A stretch of 64,000 nucleotides of DNA from an uncultured bacterium (GTDB lineage: Bacteria > Chloroflexota > UBA5177 > JANWHV01): positions 576,001 to 640,000 of the forward strand of contig CAVSOU010000011.1 of NCBI GenBank assembly GCA_963729625.1. Reading direction: 5' to 3'. The stretch's first letter is position 1. The number at the start of each line of letters is the position of its first letter. Under the pieces are notes generated by a model that did not search any database, had not been told where the DNA came from, and worked only from the letters and a program-made list of their open reading frames with translations. Both the position numbers and the translations under genes were made by a program. Below are positions 59,495-64,000 of the stretch, piece by piece.

Positions 59495-60709
59495 TCACGG
59501 CGTGCCGGACCTGCGCGGGTTCCTGAGCGTGAGCGACCACGACTCGTTCACGGTAATGGTACCTGCCTCGTCTTCGTACTTCTTCTCCGGCGGCTTGCCC
59601 TCTAATTTGTATGGATTCTTGGGATCAACTTCCCCGCTAAGCTCGGCACCGGCGATTTGGCTCAGGCCGGATGTGAAAGCCGGCGGGTGCTGCTCCACCT
59701 TGCCGCAGGGCTTCTTGGAGAAATTGGATGCACGGGACGTGGCTATCTGCTGCGTCGGCACATCATGTCCGTTCAGATGTATGACGTATTTGCCGGTCGA
59801 CCGATTCACAGCGACGCCGATCGTGTCACGCCACGTGTCCTGCTGCGATATCTTCAGCGTTCCTTCATTGGTGTAGGCAATGTTCTGCAGCGCGCCTTTG
59901 CAGGAGTCGAGCAAGAACAGCGTGCCTATGCTGTGGAACTCTGTCCTGGCTTGGTATTCGTACGCAGCCCTCGGCTCGCTGAGGTCGCCAGGATTGCTCA
60001 TGAGGCTTTTTGGCGGCGACAAGGATACTGACTCGTAGGTATACTTTGTGACCGTCATGGTGCCGGAGTCCGCGCTCTTCCCGGCTTTGCTCGAGCCGCC
60101 GGACTCATGCGTGATAATGCTCACCATGCCGGTCCAGTATGACCGGCATAGGCCTATCGACAGCTTGTCGACGGCTCCTTTGGCTAAGTCGAAGAGCGTA
60201 AAGGGATCGTTGCCCGCTGCGGACTCCATGTCCGCGTCCACCGTCGTGCCAGAAGCGGCGTCCTCGACCAACACGGTGACAGACAGCGTGTTACCGATCA
60301 GCTCGTACCGGCCCAATACGATGGTGCTTGACCCCAACGCCCCGGCGACGCCGTGCATCAGCTCTTCCTGCTGCTCCGGCGTGGTCGCACCGAGCAGGTC
60401 ACGCTGTTTGTTGAAGCCAATGATCGCGGCAAGGGCTTGCGAGTCGCTGATATCCGCGCAGGGGTACTTCTGCAGCATCGCGCTTGTCACCATGTCCTGG
60501 ATTTTGTTCGCCAGACTCTGTGCGCCACCAGGCCAGGCGTCGGGCGGGCTCATGACGCCCGTGAACGGTGCGATATAGACCTGCTCCGCAGGCGCGGCGC
60601 CGGCCTGGACTGCCGCCTGGCTCGCCAGTGCGTTGCCGGGGCACAGGACAAACACCGTGACCAGACAGGCAGTCAGGCGCAGCGATGCACGATACCACAG
60701 TTGGCACAT
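59495..60709 (-). CDS. Secreted hypothetical protein with CsgG/TolB_N-like N-terminal domain
   Basis: Signal peptide after AGGGAG; VYIAPF...VAGALGSSTIVLGRYELIGNTLSVTVLVEDAASGT pattern. Confidence 0.55.
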   Translation of the reverse strand: MCQLWYRASLRLTACLVTVFVLCPGNALASQAAVQAGAAPAEQVYIAPFTGVMSPPDAWPGGAQSLANKIQDMVTSAMLQKYPCADISDSQALAAIIGFNKQRDLLGATTPEQQEELMHGVAGALGSSTIVLGRYELIGNTLSVTVLVEDAASGTTVDADMESAAGNDPFTLFDLAKGAVDKLSIGLCRSYWTGMVSIITHESGGSSKAGKSADSGTMTVTKYTYESVSLSPPKSLMSNPGDLSEPRAAYEYQARTEFHSIGTLFLLDSCKGALQNIAYTNEGTLKISQQDTWRDTIGVAVNRSTGKYVIHLNGHDVPTQQIATSRASNFSKKPCGKVEQHPPAFTSGLSQIAGAELSGEVDPKNPYKLEGKPPEKKYEDEAGTITVNESWSLTLRNPRRSGTP

Positions 60710-60757
60710 CGACTGTACTCCCTTGTACTCTCTCACGCACGGCACGCGGCGTGTGGT

Positions 60758-62013
60758 CAGGGTTATATAGTTCTCCGGAGGGTGAGGCCCAGCAGGGCCA
60801 GGGTGTGGCGAGGATGTGCTGCGGTACGGCGGCAAGCACTCGCGATGTTCGTCTCGCCGGCTAAGCGGTGCAGAGCGATGGCGGCGTTGCGCAGGGCGGC
60901 CATCACCTGGGGCGTGTTCCCGACACGCACCTGAGAGTGGTCCTCGTCGAAGGTGACATCGCGCACATGGTGCGATCGGTTTTCAATCGCCCAGTGCCGG
61001 CGGACGTAGGCGAGGAGGCGGCGGGCATCGGCCTGGCTGGGGAGCAGGCTGGTAATGCCGTAGAGCGTCTCCATCTGCACGACTCCCGTCTTGAGGATGG
61101 TCCGCTGGCGCACGAGCTGGAAGACCTGCCGGTGACCGGGCCAGGCCAGGAAGCCGACGAGCGCGCTGCTCAGGGTGAGGGTGCGCCGCTCCAGCCGGCC
61201 GTGGCCACGATCCAGGCTGGAGGCACGGCTCAGGCTGTGTTGGGCCAGGAGGGCGGGGTCGGCGAAGGCGGTGGCGATGGCCTCGCGCAGGGCGGGCTGG
61301 TTGTCTTTCACGACCATGACGTAGTCGGCGCCGGCGGCCAACACGGCGCGGGCGATGGCCTGCTGCGTGAGCAGCGCATCCATGGTCACGACCTGCCCGC
61401 GCAGGGGCAGCTGGCGCAGCAGCGTGTGGATGGCGGTGGTCTCGTTGGTCTTGGCGGGGACGGCGACCTGGCCCAGCGTCAGGCCCAGGTGGTGGCTGAC
61501 CGCGCTCAGGAGGTGGGTGAGCGCGGCACCTTGTTGCCGACTGCCGCGTAAGGTCTTGCCATCGATCGCCAGCCCGATGCGGGCCCTGGTCCTGGCTGTG
61601 GAGTGCTGCGCCAGCACCAGCGCCGCCCAGCGGCCCAGACACCCCTCCAGCACCGTCCGGTCCAACCGCCGAAAGAGCAGGGAGAAGGTCGCGGCACAGG
61701 GCATGCGCTCGCCGGAGAAGCCCAGCGCCTGACGCACCACCGCCCCTTGGAGGCGCCCCCACTCGGCGATGGCGCTGTAGCTGGAACAGCCGGCAAGTGT
61801 CGCCGCCACCGCCAAGGACAGCAGGGCGACCAGGGAATAGCGCCGTCCACTCCTGGACCGTGGATCGGGCAGGGCCGCGATAGACTGGACGAACGGGAGA
61901 CCGGGGGCCATTGACGTTCTCCTCACTGCTGGACGTAGGAATCTCAGTGAGTGAGAGGATGGCTTCCTGTCTCCCGCGTTTTTACCTCAACTGTGGAGAA
62001 CTAAATGCCCCTG
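60758..62013 (-). mobile_element. ISAs1-family insertion sequence, 1256 bp
   Basis: IRs CAGGGTTATATAGTTCTCC / GGAGAACTAAATGCCCCTG (16 of 19 match, CAGGG ends); no flanking direct repeat. Confidence 0.88.
60763..61911 (-). CDS. ISAs1 transposase
   Basis: LPDPRS..GRRY, AIDGKTLRGS, KTNE, VTMDALLTQ, VKDNQP, GHGRLERR, RRHWAIEN..HHVRDVTFDED. Confidence 0.95.
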   Translation of the reverse strand: MAPGLPFVQSIAALPDPRSRSGRRYSLVALLSLAVAATLAGCSSYSAIAEWGRLQGAVVRQALGFSGERMPCAATFSLLFRRLDRTVLEGCLGRWAALVLAQHSTARTRARIGLAIDGKTLRGSRQQGAALTHLLSAVSHHLGLTLGQVAVPAKTNETTAIHTLLRQLPLRGQVVTMDALLTQQAIARAVLAAGADYVMVVKDNQPALREAIATAFADPALLAQHSLSRASSLDRGHGRLERRTLTLSSALVGFLAWPGHRQVFQLVRQRTILKTGVVQMETLYGITSLLPSQADARRLLAYVRRHWAIENRSHHVRDVTFDEDHSQVRVGNTPQVMAALRNAAIALHRLAGETNIASACRRTAAHPRHTLALLGLTLRRTI

Positions 62014-62146
62014 CGCAAGGCCAGGCAGGGATTGACATGCCAAAGCGCCCAGTGCATGCCGGCACCTTTCAGGCGGGCTTCCACGAGCAGCTTGTTCGCA
62101 CTCTCCACCGCCCCGCTGCCAATCGTGTAGCCCGCCGCCCGAAATG
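62014..62146 (-). pseudogene. ISKra4/ISLre2-like transposase C-terminal remnant
   Basis: FRAAGYTIGSGAVESANKLLVEARLKGAGMHW. Confidence 0.75.
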
Positions 62147-62280
62147 GCACTGCAGATGTACAGTGTTCGTGAAGACACTGCGCGCGATCATCTTGGCACG
62201 TTGGAGGCTGCAACCGACATCGGCTACCGCGCCGTAGAGTTTGCCGGCTTCGCCGACCTGCCCGTCAGGCAACTGCGTGG
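62147..62280 (+). pseudogene. Sugar-phosphate isomerase/epimerase (IolE/xylose-isomerase-like TIM barrel) N-terminal remnant
   Basis: ALQMYSVRED...GTLEAATDIGYRAVEFAG; similarity is then lost. Confidence 0.7.
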
Positions 62281-62463
62281 GACGAGGAGACCGAGTGGCG
62301 AACTGGGCAGTCCCGATTCCAACGCACGTATGGCTGCGGCCCAGTCTGGCCGGGCAGGCTTTGGAGGCTACGATCTAGCGCGAGGTGTCGCTCATGCTGC
62401 ACGGCTCTGGTGCCGGGTAGAACACGACGATCGATGCACTACGCACAGTGGAAGGAGTTAGCC

Positions 62464-63576
62464 ATGGTCCAACGAGCGGCGAGCGAGGTAGCGGCTCCGG
62501 CGATCCCGCGCACCATGCGTGCAGTGGTAGCGCACGCTCCTGGAGACTACCGGCTTGAAGAGGTTCCCGTACCCGCGCCGGGTTTCCAGGAGGTGTTGGT
62601 CAAGGTCGAAGCCTGTGGGATCTGTGCCGGGGACATCAAGGCGTTGCACGGCGCGCCTTCCTTCTGGGGACTTGAGGGGCAGCCGCCCTACATCAAGGCG
62701 CCCATGATTCCCGGTCACGAGTTTGTTGGCCGTGTTGTCCTCGCCGGGCCCGGCGGTGCCGAGAAGCAGCATGTCGCTCTCGGGGACCGCGTGATCTCCG
62801 AACAGATTGTCCCCTGCTGGGCATGCCGCTTCTGCCTGAGCGGGCGCTATTGGATGTGTGAGAAGCACGACGTCTACGGCTTCCAGAAGAACGTCAACGG
62901 CGGTATGGCCGAGTACATGCTGTTCCCTCAAGAGTCGCTCACGCACCGTGTGCCGGACGACATCCCCATCGAAGAAGCCGTACTGATCGAGCCGTTGTCG
63001 TGTTCGCTGCACGCGGTGCAGCGAGCGCATATCGAACTCGGCGACGTCGTGGTGGTTGCCGGCGCAGGCACGCTCGGTCTTGGCATTATCGGTGCGGTGC
63101 GCCTCAAGAATCCCGGCACACTGATCGCTCTCGACGTGCGGCCCATGCGCCTCGAGCTGGCGCGCCGCCTCGGCGCGGACCTCGTTCTGAATCCGCTGGA
63201 GGATGACGTACTGGGCGTCGTCAAGCGGCTCACCGGCGGCTATGGCTGCGACACGTTTATTGAGGCGACTGGAGCGGCGCCTGCGGTCGCCCAGGGTCTT
63301 CACATGCTGCGCAAGCTCGGGACGTTCGTTGAGTTCAGCGTGTTCAACGAGGATGTCAAGGTCGACTGGTCAATCATCAGCGACCGCAAGGAGCTGAACA
63401 TCCTGGGAGCGCATCTGGGCCCGTACTGCTACCCACTGGCGATCGACTTGATCGGCAAACGGCGCATCGATCTGCGCGGTGTGGTTACGCACACCTTCCC
63501 CTTGGCGGACTTCGCGAAGGGATTCGAACTCATGGAGGCAGGGAAGGACTCCTTGAAAGTCGCGTTGGTTCCCTGA
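62464..63576 (+). CDS. eltD: Zn-dependent polyol dehydrogenase, erythritol/L-threitol dehydrogenase-like
   Basis: CGICAGD, PSFWG..PPYIKAPMIPGHEF, CWACRFC..C, GAGTLG, DWSIISDRKEL; RBS AAGGAG. Confidence 0.72.
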   Translation: MVQRAASEVAAPAIPRTMRAVVAHAPGDYRLEEVPVPAPGFQEVLVKVEACGICAGDIKALHGAPSFWGLEGQPPYIKAPMIPGHEFVGRVVLAGPGGAEKQHVALGDRVISEQIVPCWACRFCLSGRYWMCEKHDVYGFQKNVNGGMAEYMLFPQESLTHRVPDDIPIEEAVLIEPLSCSLHAVQRAHIELGDVVVVAGAGTLGLGIIGAVRLKNPGTLIALDVRPMRLELARRLGADLVLNPLEDDVLGVVKRLTGGYGCDTFIEATGAAPAVAQGLHMLRKLGTFVEFSVFNEDVKVDWSIISDRKELNILGAHLGPYCYPLAIDLIGKRRIDLRGVVTHTFPLADFAKGFELMEAGKDSLKVALVP

Positions 63577-63788
63577 ACTTCGCAGGCGCCAGTTCCAAAT
63601 GGGCGGACGCAGGTTCGACAACCTGAAGGCTGATCCGATCATGAGGTCCGCCGCCAATTCCTTGCCGGTGGTGCCAGACACCTCGTAGGCGCAGTTGGCA
63701 GCGGGAGCCGTCCACACGGCGTCGCGATCCCACCAAGGGTTCCGAGACAATCGACGTTGAGTTCCACTACCCCTCTCCGAGCGGTTCC

Positions 63789-64000
63789 TCAGCGAGTGGC
63801 CAAGAAGCCGCCGTCGATGGGAAGCGTCACGCCGTGGATCATGCTCGCCGCGTCACTCAACAGGAAAGCAACCACGTTTGCCACTTCACGCGGCGTGGCA
63901 AAACGTCGGAGCGGTATCTTGCTCAGCATCGCCGCGCTCTTTGTCGGGTCGCTCCACGCTTTCCTGCCCAAAGGAGTCATGGTCACGGTAGGGTTGACTG
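63789..64000 (-). CDS. SDR oxidoreductase (L-xylulose/erythrulose reductase-like), 5' part outside window
   Basis: VNPTVTMTPLGRKAWSDP..IPLRRFA..FLLSDAASMIHGVTLPIDGG. Confidence 0.8.
   Translation of the reverse strand, partial: VNPTVTMTPLGRKAWSDPTKSAAMLSKIPLRRFATPREVANVVAFLLSDAASMIHGVTLPIDGGFLATR

Noticed and set aside
63580-63780. Carbohydrate kinase remnant downstream of the SDR
   Set aside because: An RBS and a WW-containing stretch are suggestive, but no diagnostic motif is present.

Overview
GC-rich bacterial chromosome segment. SecG, the zinc-ribbon/radC pair and the XRE-AAA-TPR regulator suggest a Chloroflexota-like organism; this is inference only. Left part (1-14 kb): flippase-like membrane gene, Dna2-like nuclease-helicase, a highly structured intergenic region (candidate ncRNAs), secG, tRNA-Leu(CAG), DUF1848, an ECF sigma/giant anti-sigma pair, radC, hicAB and a two-domain cupredoxin. 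The most notable feature is a minus-strand cluster at 14.5-26.4 kb. In it, a divergent RuBisCO-like protein (form IV), a PfkB kinase, a P-loop kinase, a DUF2090 aldolase and a PMI-like cupin lie between a corrinoid protein and its reductive activator (RACo/ASKHA) plus DUF1638, downstream of a heme/cobalamin-type ABC importer. No methyltransferase is visible. Further right: a LacI-sensor histidine kinase, a ferric reductase/FMN-binding/cytochrome c redox module, a sugar ABC + GH172 + GH32 cluster (candidate difructose-dianhydride/fructan use), two IS elements, many gene remnants (sucrose phosphorylase, NB-ARC regulator, AbiE, Dam, ISKra4-like) and tetritol dehydrogenases. Several single-base frameshifts may be assembly errors. 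All calls come from motif recognition; no searches were run.
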